Source: an uncultured Eubacteriales bacterium
GTDB taxonomy: Bacteria; Bacillota; Clostridia; Christensenellales; CAG-138
Assembly (NCBI GenBank): GCA_902790115.1
Contig: CADAQS010000003.1
Coordinates: 1 to 44,917 of the forward strand
DNA length: 44,917 nucleotides
Direction: 5' to 3'
A program made the position numbers and the translations under genes. This document shows positions 33,102 to 41,514 of the stretch, one piece after another (position 1 is the stretch's first letter; each line of letters starts with the position of its first letter). Below the pieces are notes generated by a model. That model did not search any database. It was not told the DNA's origin and saw only the letters and a list, made by a program, of their open reading frames with translations.

Positions 33102-34430
33102 ATGATTCTGATCGGCAACGGCAGACTGATAACAAGGGTCGGAACGGAATTCTTCGAAAACGGCGCGGTCGCGATCGAAGGCCGGTATATCAAAGAAGTC
33201 GGCGAAACGGCGACGCTGCGCAAAAAGTATCCCGAAGCGGAGTTTGCGGATGCGCACGGCGGCGTGATCATGCCGGGTCTGATCAACATGCACAACCATA
33301 TTTACAGCGCGTTTGCGCGCGGGCTGTCGATCCGCGGATACGCGCCGAAGGACTTTATGGACATTCTCGAAGGGCAATGGTGGAAGATCGACCGCTGCCT
33401 GACGCGTGAAAACGACCGCCTGTCCGCGTATGCGGTCTATCTCGACTGCATCAAGAACGGCGTCACGACGGTGTTCGACCACCACGCGAGCTTTTTCGAC
33501 ATTCCGGACAGCCTCGACGAGCTTGCGGAAGCCGCGACGGCGCTCGGCGTGCGCACCTCGCTGTGCTATGAGGTCAGTGACCGCGACGGCGAGGAGAAGC
33601 GCGTGCAGTCGATCCGCGAGAACGAGCGCTTCATCCGCCGCGCCGAGCAGGACGATACCGACATGCTCAAGGGCATGATGGGTCTGCATGCGTCGTTCAC
33701 GGTTTCGGACAAAACGCTCGAGGAGTGTCTTGCGGCGGGCGGAAAGGAAGCCGGCTTCCATGTGCATTGCGCCGAAGGCCCGGCGGACCTGCAGCACAGC
33801 TTGCGCACGTACGGCAAGCGGATCATCGAGCGGTTCTACGACGCCGGCGTGCTCGGAAACAAGACGCTTGCGATTCACTGCGTGCATATCAACAAGGCCG
33901 AAATGGAGCTTTTGAAGGCGACCGATACCGCCGTGGTGCACAATCCGGAATCGAACATGGGAAACGCGGTCGGCTGCGGCGCGGTGATCCAGATGAAGAA
34001 GCTCGGGCTGCTGGTCGGGCTCGGAACCGACGGGTATACGAACGACATGCTCGAAAGCTATAAGGTCGGCAATATCATCCACAAGCATCATCTGTGCGAC
34101 CCGACGGTAGCGTGGGGCGAGATCCCCGATATGCTGTTTTACGGCAACGCCGAGATCGCCGGCAGGTACTTTGCAGCGCCGCTCGGCGTGCTGAAACCCG
34201 GCGCGTATGCCGACGTGATCGTGACCGATTACGATCCGCTGACCCCGATGGACGGCGCGAACGCAAACTCGCACATCCTGTTCGGCATGCAGGGACGCTC
34301 GGTCGTCACGACGATGTGCAACGGACGGTTTTTGATGAAGGACCGCGAAGTGCTGGTCTGCGACGAAAAGGAGCTTATGGCAAAGTGCCGCGAGAGCGCA
34401 AAGCGGCTTTGGAACGCCGTCAACGCATAA
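33102..34430 (+). CDS. ssnA: SsnA-type amidohydrolase (chlorohydrolase/aminohydrolase superfamily)
   Basis: Motifs PGLINMHNHIY and HVHCAEG; 442 aa; synteny with ygfK and a molybdenum hydroxylase, as at the E. coli ygfK-ssnA-xdhD locus. Confidence 0.85.
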   Translation: MILIGNGRLITRVGTEFFENGAVAIEGRYIKEVGETATLRKKYPEAEFADAHGGVIMPGLINMHNHIYSAFARGLSIRGYAPKDFMDILEGQWWKIDRCLTRENDRLSAYAVYLDCIKNGVTTVFDHHASFFDIPDSLDELAEAATALGVRTSLCYEVSDRDGEEKRVQSIRENERFIRRAEQDDTDMLKGMMGLHASFTVSDKTLEECLAAGGKEAGFHVHCAEGPADLQHSLRTYGKRIIERFYDAGVLGNKTLAIHCVHINKAEMELLKATDTAVVHNPESNMGNAVGCGAVIQMKKLGLLVGLGTDGYTNDMLESYKVGNIIHKHHLCDPTVAWGEIPDMLFYGNAEIAGRYFAAPLGVLKPGAYADVIVTDYDPLTPMDGANANSHILFGMQGRSVVTTMCNGRFLMKDREVLVCDEKELMAKCRESAKRLWNAVNA

Positions 34431-34441
34431 GGAATCCGTGC

Positions 34442-34470
34442 GGGGAGGGATTGCGCCCTCCCCTTTTGTA
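34442..34470 (+). terminator. Strong hairpin plus T-run between ssnA and ygfK
   Basis: GGGGAGGG-ATTGCG-CCCTCCCC followed by TTTTGTA, 34 nt before the ygfK ATG. Confidence 0.7.
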
Positions 34471-34503
34471 CAAACCGCGAACAGAATTTGACAGGAGGCG
34501 CGT

Positions 34504-37479
34504 ATGTCGGATGTAATGACCCCGATTCCGTTCGGGACTTTGATGGATTGGGTATGGAAGGAGCAGGAAACCGGCTCCGTCTTCGGCGTGAAAAAGGCAT
34601 TTCACCCGGTCCCGGGAAAGTTTTTGGAGCTGTTCGGCGAAAAACTTGAGACGCCCTTCGGACCGGCGGCCGGTCCGAACACGCAGCTGACGCAGAACAT
34701 CATCGCGTCGTATTACGGCGGCGCGCGGTTCTTTGAGCTCAAGACCGTTCAGATCATGGACGGCGAGGAGCTGAGCAAGTGTGTCAGCAAGCCCTGCATC
34801 GCGGCGGAGGACGAGTGCTACAACTGCGAATGGTCGACGGAGCTGACCGTGCCGCAGGCGCTTGCGGAATACGTCAAGGCATGGTTCATGCTGAAGCTTT
34901 TGACGAAGGAGTTCGGCTGGGGCGACCCGGATGGCTTCGTGTTCAACATGAGCGTCGGCTACGACTACGCCGGCATCACGTCACCGAAGATCGACGCGTT
35001 TCTGGAAGGCATGATGGATGCCAAAAAGACTCCGATCTGGGATGAGTGCATGGCGTGGGCAAAGGCGAACCTTGACCGCTTTTCGCACGTTGACGAAGAG
35101 TATCTTGCCGGGATCGAGCCGCGCATCTGCCGGCAGATCACGCTGTCCACGCTGCACGGCTGCCCGCCCGAGGAGATCGAAAAGATCGCGTCGTATCTGA
35201 TCGAAGTCAAGAAGCTCCATACCTTCGTCAAGTGCAATCCGACGATCCTCGGCTATGCGACGGCGCGAAAAACGCTCGACGACCTCGGCTTCGACTATGT
35301 GGCGTTTGACGAGCACCACTTCCGGGAGGATCTGCAGTACGCCGACGCGGTGCCGATGTTCCGGCGGCTTTCCGCGCTTGCCGAAAAGAACGGCGTCAGC
35401 TTCGGGCTGAAGCTTTCCAACACGTTCCCGGTCGACGTGACGCGCGGCGAACTGCCGAGCAATGAGATGTATATGTCCGGCCGCGCACTCTATCCGCTGA
35501 CGATTGAGATGGCGCGGCGGATCGCGGAGGAATTTGACGGACAGCTGCGGCTGTCGTTCTCGGGCGGCATCGACGCGTTCAACATCGACACGCTGTTCGA
35601 GGCGGGCATCTGGCCGATCACGCTCGCGACGACGATCCTCAAGCCCGGCGGCTATCAGCGGCTCGTGCAGCTCGGCGAGCAAACCGCAAAGCTCCCGTAT
35701 GCGCCGTTTTCCGGCGTGGACGTCGGCAAGGTCGGCATGCTTGCGAAGCAGGCGCGCGCGTCCGTGCGCAATCAAAAGCCGATCAAACCGCTGCCGAAGC
35801 GCAAACTGAACGAGAAAGTGCCGCTGTTCGACTGCTTTACCGCGCCTTGCACGCACGGCTGCCCGATCGGACAGGACATTCCGCAGTACGTGGAGCTGGT
35901 CGGGCAGGGAAAATACGCCGAAGCGCTGCGGGTCATTCTGGATAAAAATCCGCTTCCGTTCATCACGGGAACGATCTGTCCGCATCACTGTGCGGAAAAA
36001 TGTACGCGCAACTTCTATGAGGAGGCGATCCGTATCCGCCGCGTCAAGCTGACGGCGGCGCAGAACGGATTTGCGGAGCTTTTGCAGCGGATCGCACCGC
36101 CGGGGCACAAGATTGCGCTGAAAGTCGCCGTGATCGGCGGCGGTCCCGCCGGCATGGCGGCGGCTTACTTCCTTGCGCGCAGAGGCGCCGCGGTCACGCT
36201 GTTTGAAAAGCGGGAGCAGCTCGGCGGCATCGTTCGCTATGTGATCCCGTCGTTCCGGATCGAAAACGAGTGCATCGACAACGATGCAAAGCTGCTCGAC
36301 CGGATCGGCGTAGAGGTGCGGAAGAACACGCCTGCGCCGTCGGCGGGCGCGCTGTTTGCGGCGGGTTATGAGAAGATCATTTACGCGATCGGCGCATGGG
36401 CCGAGGGACGGATGCGGCTCGAGCAGGGCGAAGCGCAGAACGTGATCTCATTCCTGGAAAAGGCCAAGGCGGGAACGCTCGGTCCGATCGGTGAGAACGT
36501 GATCGTGATCGGCGGCGGTAACACGGCGATGGACGCCGCGCGGGTCGCCAAGCGCACCGGGGGCGTCAAGCACGTGATGCTCGTCTACCGCCGGACCGCC
36601 CGCTATATGCCGGCGGATGAGGAGGAGCTGCAGCTTGCCAGGGAGGACGGCGTCGAATTCATGGAGCTGCTGAGTCCGGTCGCTTTTAGGGACGGAAAGC
36701 TGCTGTGCCGCAAGATGGCGCTCGGCGCGCCGGATGCGTCGGGACGCCGTAGTCCGGTCGAAACGGAGGAGATGGTTACGCTGCCGTGTGATACGCTGAT
36801 CGCGGCGGTCGGCGAAAAGATCGAAACGGACGTGTTTACGGCAAACGGCATTGCGGTGAACGCGCGCGGCAGGGTCGAAACGGATGCGAACCTGGAAACC
36901 TCTCGCAAGAACGTCTATGTGATCGGCGACTGCAACCGCGGCCCGGCGACCGTCGTTGAGGGCATCGCCGACGCTGCAAAGGCGGTCGAAGCGATCGTAG
37001 GAAAGCATGCACGCCGGATCGGCGCAAATGCGGCCGTTTCGGAGCAAAGCTGCATCGAAAAACAGGGCGTTTTGCGGGATTACAAAAATGCACAGTCCGA
37101 GCATACACGCTGCCTGAACTGCGGAACCGTATGCGAATGCTGCGTACAGGTCTGTCCGAACCGCGCAAACGTCGCGATCGCGGTTCCGGGATTTGCACAT
37201 CCGCAGATTCTGCACATCGACCGGATGTGCAATGAGTGCGGCAACTGCCTCGTGTTCTGCCCGTACGACAGCCGTCCGTATCGGGAAAAGTGGACGCTGT
37301 TTGCCACGGAAAATGAGTTCGACGGCTCGACCAACGACGGCTGGTACCCGAAAGAGGGCGGCTATAAGGTTCGTTTGTTCGGCGAGGTTCGCTTTGCAGA
37401 GACGCTTTCGGCTCTGCCGGACGGCGTGCGGGCGTTCATCGGGACCGTAGAAAAGGAGTATCCGTATCTGCTCGGATAA
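34504..37479 (+). CDS. ygfK: YgfK-type Fe-S flavoprotein (annotated in databases as putative selenate reductase subunit YgfK)
   Basis: 991 aa. N-terminal DPD-like barrel, then GltD-like dinucleotide folds (VIGGGPAGMAAAYFLARRG, VIGGGNTAMDAAR), and C-terminal Cys clusters (CLNCGTVCECCVQVCP, CNECGNCLVFCP). Confidence 0.85.
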   Translation: MSDVMTPIPFGTLMDWVWKEQETGSVFGVKKAFHPVPGKFLELFGEKLETPFGPAAGPNTQLTQNIIASYYGGARFFELKTVQIMDGEELSKCVSKPCIAAEDECYNCEWSTELTVPQALAEYVKAWFMLKLLTKEFGWGDPDGFVFNMSVGYDYAGITSPKIDAFLEGMMDAKKTPIWDECMAWAKANLDRFSHVDEEYLAGIEPRICRQITLSTLHGCPPEEIEKIASYLIEVKKLHTFVKCNPTILGYATARKTLDDLGFDYVAFDEHHFREDLQYADAVPMFRRLSALAEKNGVSFGLKLSNTFPVDVTRGELPSNEMYMSGRALYPLTIEMARRIAEEFDGQLRLSFSGGIDAFNIDTLFEAGIWPITLATTILKPGGYQRLVQLGEQTAKLPYAPFSGVDVGKVGMLAKQARASVRNQKPIKPLPKRKLNEKVPLFDCFTAPCTHGCPIGQDIPQYVELVGQGKYAEALRVILDKNPLPFITGTICPHHCAEKCTRNFYEEAIRIRRVKLTAAQNGFAELLQRIAPPGHKIALKVAVIGGGPAGMAAAYFLARRGAAVTLFEKREQLGGIVRYVIPSFRIENECIDNDAKLLDRIGVEVRKNTPAPSAGALFAAGYEKIIYAIGAWAEGRMRLEQGEAQNVISFLEKAKAGTLGPIGENVIVIGGGNTAMDAARVAKRTGGVKHVMLVYRRTARYMPADEEELQLAREDGVEFMELLSPVAFRDGKLLCRKMALGAPDASGRRSPVETEEMVTLPCDTLIAAVGEKIETDVFTANGIAVNARGRVETDANLETSRKNVYVIGDCNRGPATVVEGIADAAKAVEAIVGKHARRIGANAAVSEQSCIEKQGVLRDYKNAQSEHTRCLNCGTVCECCVQVCPNRANVAIAVPGFAHPQILHIDRMCNECGNCLVFCPYDSRPYREKWTLFATENEFDGSTNDGWYPKEGGYKVRLFGEVRFAETLSALPDGVRAFIGTVEKEYPYLLG

Positions 37480-37491
37480 CTGGGAGGAGCT

Positions 37492-40056
37492 ATGGCGGAG
37501 TTTTACGTCAACGGCGCGATGGTTCAGGCGCCGGATCAAAAAAAACTGATCCGATATTTACGCGACGATCTGCACCTGTTCAGCGTCAAGAACGGGTGCA
37601 GCGAAGGCGCGTGCGGAACCTGCACGGTTCTGATCGACGGAAAACCGACCAAGTGCTGCGTACAGACGGCGGCGCGCGTCGCGGGCAAGCATATCATCAC
37701 CTGCGAAGGCCTGACGCCGCGGGAGCAGGAGGTCTATGCCTACGCGTTTTCGGAGGCCGGCGCGGTGCAGTGCGGATTCTGCACGCCGGGCATGGTCATG
37801 TCCGCAAAGGGACTTTTAGACCGGATTCCCGACCCGACCGAAGCGGAGGTGCGCGACGCGATTAAAAACAACATCTGCCGCTGCACGGGCTATCAAAAGA
37901 TCGTTGAGGCGATCCTGTCAGCCGGCAGGATCTTCCGCGAAGGGCTCGCCGTTCCGGCGTGTACGCTAAAGGGCGCGATCGGCGATGCGCTGCCGCGCGT
38001 AGATGCGCCGGCAAAGACGCTCGGCACCGCAAAATACTGCGACGATCTGTATCTGGACGGTATGCTGTACGGCGTTGCGCTGCGCAGCGCCTATCCGCGG
38101 GCGAAGGTGCTGTCGATCGACACTGCCGAAGCGGAGCGGATGGAAGGCGTCGCCTGTGTGCTGACCGCAAAGGACATTCCGGGAAAGCAGAAGATCGGCC
38201 ATCTCAAACAGGATTACGACGTGATGATCCCGGTCGGCGGCATTACGCACTTTCTCGGCGACGCGATCGCGCTGGTTGCGGCGGACACGAACGAGCACGC
38301 GCGCGCGGCTGTCGCGGCGGTTCATGTGGAATACGAACCGTTGCCCGGCGTCTTCGATATGAGGGAAGGGCTGAAGGACGAGGTATTGGTTCACGCGTCG
38401 AACGGGACGAACGTGCTGGCGCATGAGCATCTTGTGCGCGGCCATGCCAAAGAGAAGATCGCAAACAGCAGGTACGTTGTTACGAATCATTATTCCGTTC
38501 CGCCGACCGAGCACGCCTTTTTGGAACCGGAGTGCGCGGTGGCGATGCCGGAGGGCGGCGGCGTCCGCATTTACAGCGGCGATCAGGGTATTTATCAGAC
38601 ACAGAAGGAGTGCGCGGCCATGCTCGGCCTTGCGCCGGAGCAGGTGCGCGTCACGGCAATGATGGTCGGCGGCGGGTTCGGCGGCAAGGAGGACATGAGC
38701 GTGCAGCATCACGCGGCGCTGCTCGCCTACCATACGAAGCGTCCGGTCAAGGTGACGTTTACGCGCGCCGAAAGCATTCTGATCCACCCGAAGCGCCATG
38801 CGATGGAGATGGAGTTCACGACCGCCTGCGATGAAAACGGCTATCTGACCGCGATGCAGGCCGTGATCGTTTCCGATACCGGCGCGTATGCGTCGCTCGG
38901 CGGGCCGGTGTTGCAGCGCGCCTGCACGCATGCGGCAGGGCCGTACAACTATCAGGACATCGACATCGACGGCAAGGCGATCTATACCAACAATCCGCCG
39001 GCCGGCGCGTTCCGCGGGTTCGGGGTCACGCAGAGCTGCTTTGCGACCGAGTGCAACCTCGATCAGCTCGCGGAGATGGTCGGCATCACGCCGTTTGAGA
39101 TCCGCTACCGCAACGCGATCCGACCCGGACAGGTGCTGCCGAACGGGCAGATCGCGGACGAAACGACGGCGCTCGTCGAAACGCTCGACGCGGCGCGCCC
39201 GATCCTCGAACGGAATCCCAAGGCGGGCATCGCGTGTGCGATGAAGAACGCCGGTCTCGGCGTCGGCGTGCCGGATACCGGCCGCTGCCGGATCGAGATC
39301 GAGGGCGGCAAGGTGCATCTGCATTCCGCCGCGGCGTGTATCGGGCAGGGCATGGGTACGGTACAGGTGCAAATGGTCTGTCAGACGCTCGGCGTCACGC
39401 CCGATCAGGTCGTGTATCACGAGCCGGACACCGCTCTTTCTCCGAATGCCGGCGTCACGACGGCGTCCCGGCAGACGCTGTTTACCGGCGAGGCGACCGT
39501 GCGCGCGGCGAAGATGGTCCGCGAGGCGGCCGAACAGGCAGGCGGCATCGCTGCGCTGGAGGGACGGTCGTTCCTCGGCGAATACACCGGCGTGACCGAC
39601 CGGATGGGTTCCGACAAGCCGAATCCGGTTTCGCACATCGCGTACGGGTACGCAACGCACGTGGTGGAACTGGACGACGACGGCAGAATCGCGCGCGTGA
39701 CGGCGATTCACGATGTCGGGCGCGCGGTCAATCCGCGGGCGGTCGAAGGCCAGATCGAGGGCGGCGTCGTCATGGGACTTGGCTATGCGCTGACCGAGGA
39801 CTTCCCGCTCAAAGAGGGCAAACCGCTCGGCAAGTACGGCACGATCGGGCTGTGGAAGGCGCATCAGGCGCCTCCGATCGACAGCCGGATTGTCGGGAAG
39901 GCCGGCATGGAGAACCTCGCGTACGGTGCAAAGGGCATCGGTGAGATCGCGACGATCCCGACCGCTCCGGCGGTGCAGAATGCGTACTACAACCGCGACG
40001 GCATTTTCCGGACCAAACTCCCGCTTGAAGGAACGCCGTATTCCAAAAAGAAATAA
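37492..40056 (+). CDS. Molybdenum hydroxylase of the xanthine dehydrogenase family, fused 2Fe-2S and Moco-binding domains (XdhD-like, selenium-dependent molybdenum hydroxylase type)
   Basis: 2Fe-2S motifs CSEGACGTCTV, CGFCTPG and CRCTGYQKI, followed by a ~700-aa aldehyde oxidase/xanthine dehydrogenase Moco domain (GGGFGGKE). Confidence 0.88.
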   Translation: MAEFYVNGAMVQAPDQKKLIRYLRDDLHLFSVKNGCSEGACGTCTVLIDGKPTKCCVQTAARVAGKHIITCEGLTPREQEVYAYAFSEAGAVQCGFCTPGMVMSAKGLLDRIPDPTEAEVRDAIKNNICRCTGYQKIVEAILSAGRIFREGLAVPACTLKGAIGDALPRVDAPAKTLGTAKYCDDLYLDGMLYGVALRSAYPRAKVLSIDTAEAERMEGVACVLTAKDIPGKQKIGHLKQDYDVMIPVGGITHFLGDAIALVAADTNEHARAAVAAVHVEYEPLPGVFDMREGLKDEVLVHASNGTNVLAHEHLVRGHAKEKIANSRYVVTNHYSVPPTEHAFLEPECAVAMPEGGGVRIYSGDQGIYQTQKECAAMLGLAPEQVRVTAMMVGGGFGGKEDMSVQHHAALLAYHTKRPVKVTFTRAESILIHPKRHAMEMEFTTACDENGYLTAMQAVIVSDTGAYASLGGPVLQRACTHAAGPYNYQDIDIDGKAIYTNNPPAGAFRGFGVTQSCFATECNLDQLAEMVGITPFEIRYRNAIRPGQVLPNGQIADETTALVETLDAARPILERNPKAGIACAMKNAGLGVGVPDTGRCRIEIEGGKVHLHSAAACIGQGMGTVQVQMVCQTLGVTPDQVVYHEPDTALSPNAGVTTASRQTLFTGEATVRAAKMVREAAEQAGGIAALEGRSFLGEYTGVTDRMGSDKPNPVSHIAYGYATHVVELDDDGRIARVTAIHDVGRAVNPRAVEGQIEGGVVMGLGYALTEDFPLKEGKPLGKYGTIGLWKAHQAPPIDSRIVGKAGMENLAYGAKGIGEIATIPTAPAVQNAYYNRDGIFRTKLPLEGTPYSKKK

Positions 40057-40073
40057 TAATCCGTAAAAGCAAA

Positions 40074-40100
40074 GGACCGTTCTGTGGGGAACGGTCCTCT
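40074..40100. terminator. Hairpin terminator between convergent genes
   Basis: GGACCGTTC / GAACGGTCC stem. TTTGCTTTT follows on the minus strand; the T-tract on the plus strand is weak. Confidence 0.6.
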
Positions 40101-40123
40101 TCTATGGGAACGGAATCGACTGA

Positions 40124-41155
40124 TCAGGCCGGATCCGGAAAAATAACGCTGATGTCGTTTTGCTCCGAAACGGTTCCGGCGGGCACGGTCAGCACGATGT
40201 GCCATTCGGCCATATCACAGGTGCCGACCTCGGGAACGTGCCGCAGAACGGGAACAATCAGGCTGCCGCTATCGAGCGCCACCTCGGAAACCGTGTGGGA
40301 CACGGACCCGCTGCCCTCCTCGAGGACGATCAGCACGAGTTCGTTTGCTGCAAAAAAGGTATCGTCACAGCCTTTGAGCGCGTCGGCCATGCCGGACTCG
40401 GTTATGTAGTACGTTTCGGAGGCGGCGTGCAGATATTGCGTTAGCTCGGCAGCGGAGCGGATTACATAGGTCTGCGGAAACTGCGCGCCGTCCCGGTATC
40501 CGTTCGTGCGGAAAACCTGTGCCGAAAAATCGACGGCAAGCGGCTTCTCCTCCGCGGATTCGCCGTCCACGCGGAACGCATAGCAGGAGTCGCCGTGCGA
40601 ATCGCCCTCCCAGTACGCATGCACCTCGTAGATCGCGCTGACGCGGGTGTCCAGCGCGACGATGCAGGCTTCGATCGGTTCGGACGAGACGGCGGGGGTC
40701 AGGCGGGTCACTTTCGCAGAAAAGGCATTCGGCTCTCCGGCCTCTGCCCGGCCTGCATAGCGGAGGTCCCAGCCACGGACCGTAATGCTTTTCAGACTTC
40801 CGCTCGGCGCGGAAAAGGACAGCGTCAGCGAATCGGCATCTCCGATCGGAAGCGGTTCTAAAAGATCGAGCATATCCAGCGGATGCATTCCGCAGGCGTC
40901 GACGCCGGTGTCGGTGCCGTCGCCGTTCGGATAGGTCCACGAATAGCTGCCCATTGTCGCAGCAATGGATTGTTCGCCGGCAAGGACGCGCAGCTTCGGC
41001 GGTTTGGTCCGGATATCCGGCTCGTAGGTCAGCGGCGCGCTGGCCTGACCGGACGTCGGAGCGCCGCCAAGATCGATCGGCGCGGTGATCGTTTCATTTT
41101 TCGGCGCACACGCACAGAACAGCAGTGCGGCAAGAAGGATGAAAAAGCGTTTCAT
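40124..41155 (-). CDS. Lipoprotein of unknown function (possible PrcB-like C-terminal domain)
   Basis: Starts MKRFFILLAALLFCAC (lipobox). RBS AAGGAGAA. The upstream 49 codons of the track ORF are rejected. Confidence 0.65.
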   Translation of the reverse strand: MKRFFILLAALLFCACAPKNETITAPIDLGGAPTSGQASAPLTYEPDIRTKPPKLRVLAGEQSIAATMGSYSWTYPNGDGTDTGVDACGMHPLDMLDLLEPLPIGDADSLTLSFSAPSGSLKSITVRGWDLRYAGRAEAGEPNAFSAKVTRLTPAVSSEPIEACIVALDTRVSAIYEVHAYWEGDSHGDSCYAFRVDGESAEEKPLAVDFSAQVFRTNGYRDGAQFPQTYVIRSAAELTQYLHAASETYYITESGMADALKGCDDTFFAANELVLIVLEEGSGSVSHTVSEVALDSGSLIVPVLRHVPEVGTCDMAEWHIVLTVPAGTVSEQNDISVIFPDPA

Positions 41156-41249
41156 AGCGGTGTTCTCCTTGGTTCTTTGCCAATAATACCGGACAAAGCG
41201 CAAAAAGGTTGCAAAAATGTGGGGAGATCCGTTTTTTCGGAAAAACCGT

Positions 41250-41278
41250 TTGACACGGTTCCGGCGGGAAGCTATAAT
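41250..41278 (+). promoter_or_regulatory. Sigma-A type promoter of mgtE
   Basis: TTGACA, 17-nt spacer, TATAAT (consensus hexamers). Confidence 0.65.
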
Positions 41279-41284
41279 AAAAGA

Positions 41285-41514
41285 CGCGGAATGATCCGAC
41301 ACTTTTCAAAGGCAGGTGACATCCATGGACGCAGGCAGTAGCGGGAATCCTCTTTTATGTCCCTTCGAGCGCAGCCTTGCACGGATGCTTTCACCTGTTT
41401 GGTTCTTCGCCTGAACAGCTGAATTCACTCGCGTAAGATCGGCACGAAGCGGCGGCTTCGCGCTTTTTGCGTTTCCGGGAATCGATCCAATTCGTTTTTT
41501 GCGGGGTAAACGCC
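41285..41514 (+). promoter_or_regulatory. Structured ~230-nt mgtE leader with terminator; possibly a divergent M-box (Mg2+) riboswitch
   Basis: Blocks AGGUGA, AUGUCC, GGAUGCUU and GCC..ACAG occur in the same order as in the B. subtilis mgtE M-box as I recall it. Several invariant M-box blocks are not seen. Confidence 0.35.
41442..41475 (+). terminator. Intrinsic terminator inside the mgtE leader
   Basis: GCACGAAGC-GGCG-GCTTCGCGC followed by TTTTTGCGTTT, 40 nt before the ATG. Confidence 0.7.

Noticed and set aside
33102-40056. Selenocysteine (UGA) recoding or SECIS elements in the 'selenium-dependent' hydroxylase cluster
   Set aside because: All three ORFs are uninterrupted with no in-frame TGA. 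This enzyme class is thought to use a labile Se cofactor rather than Sec.
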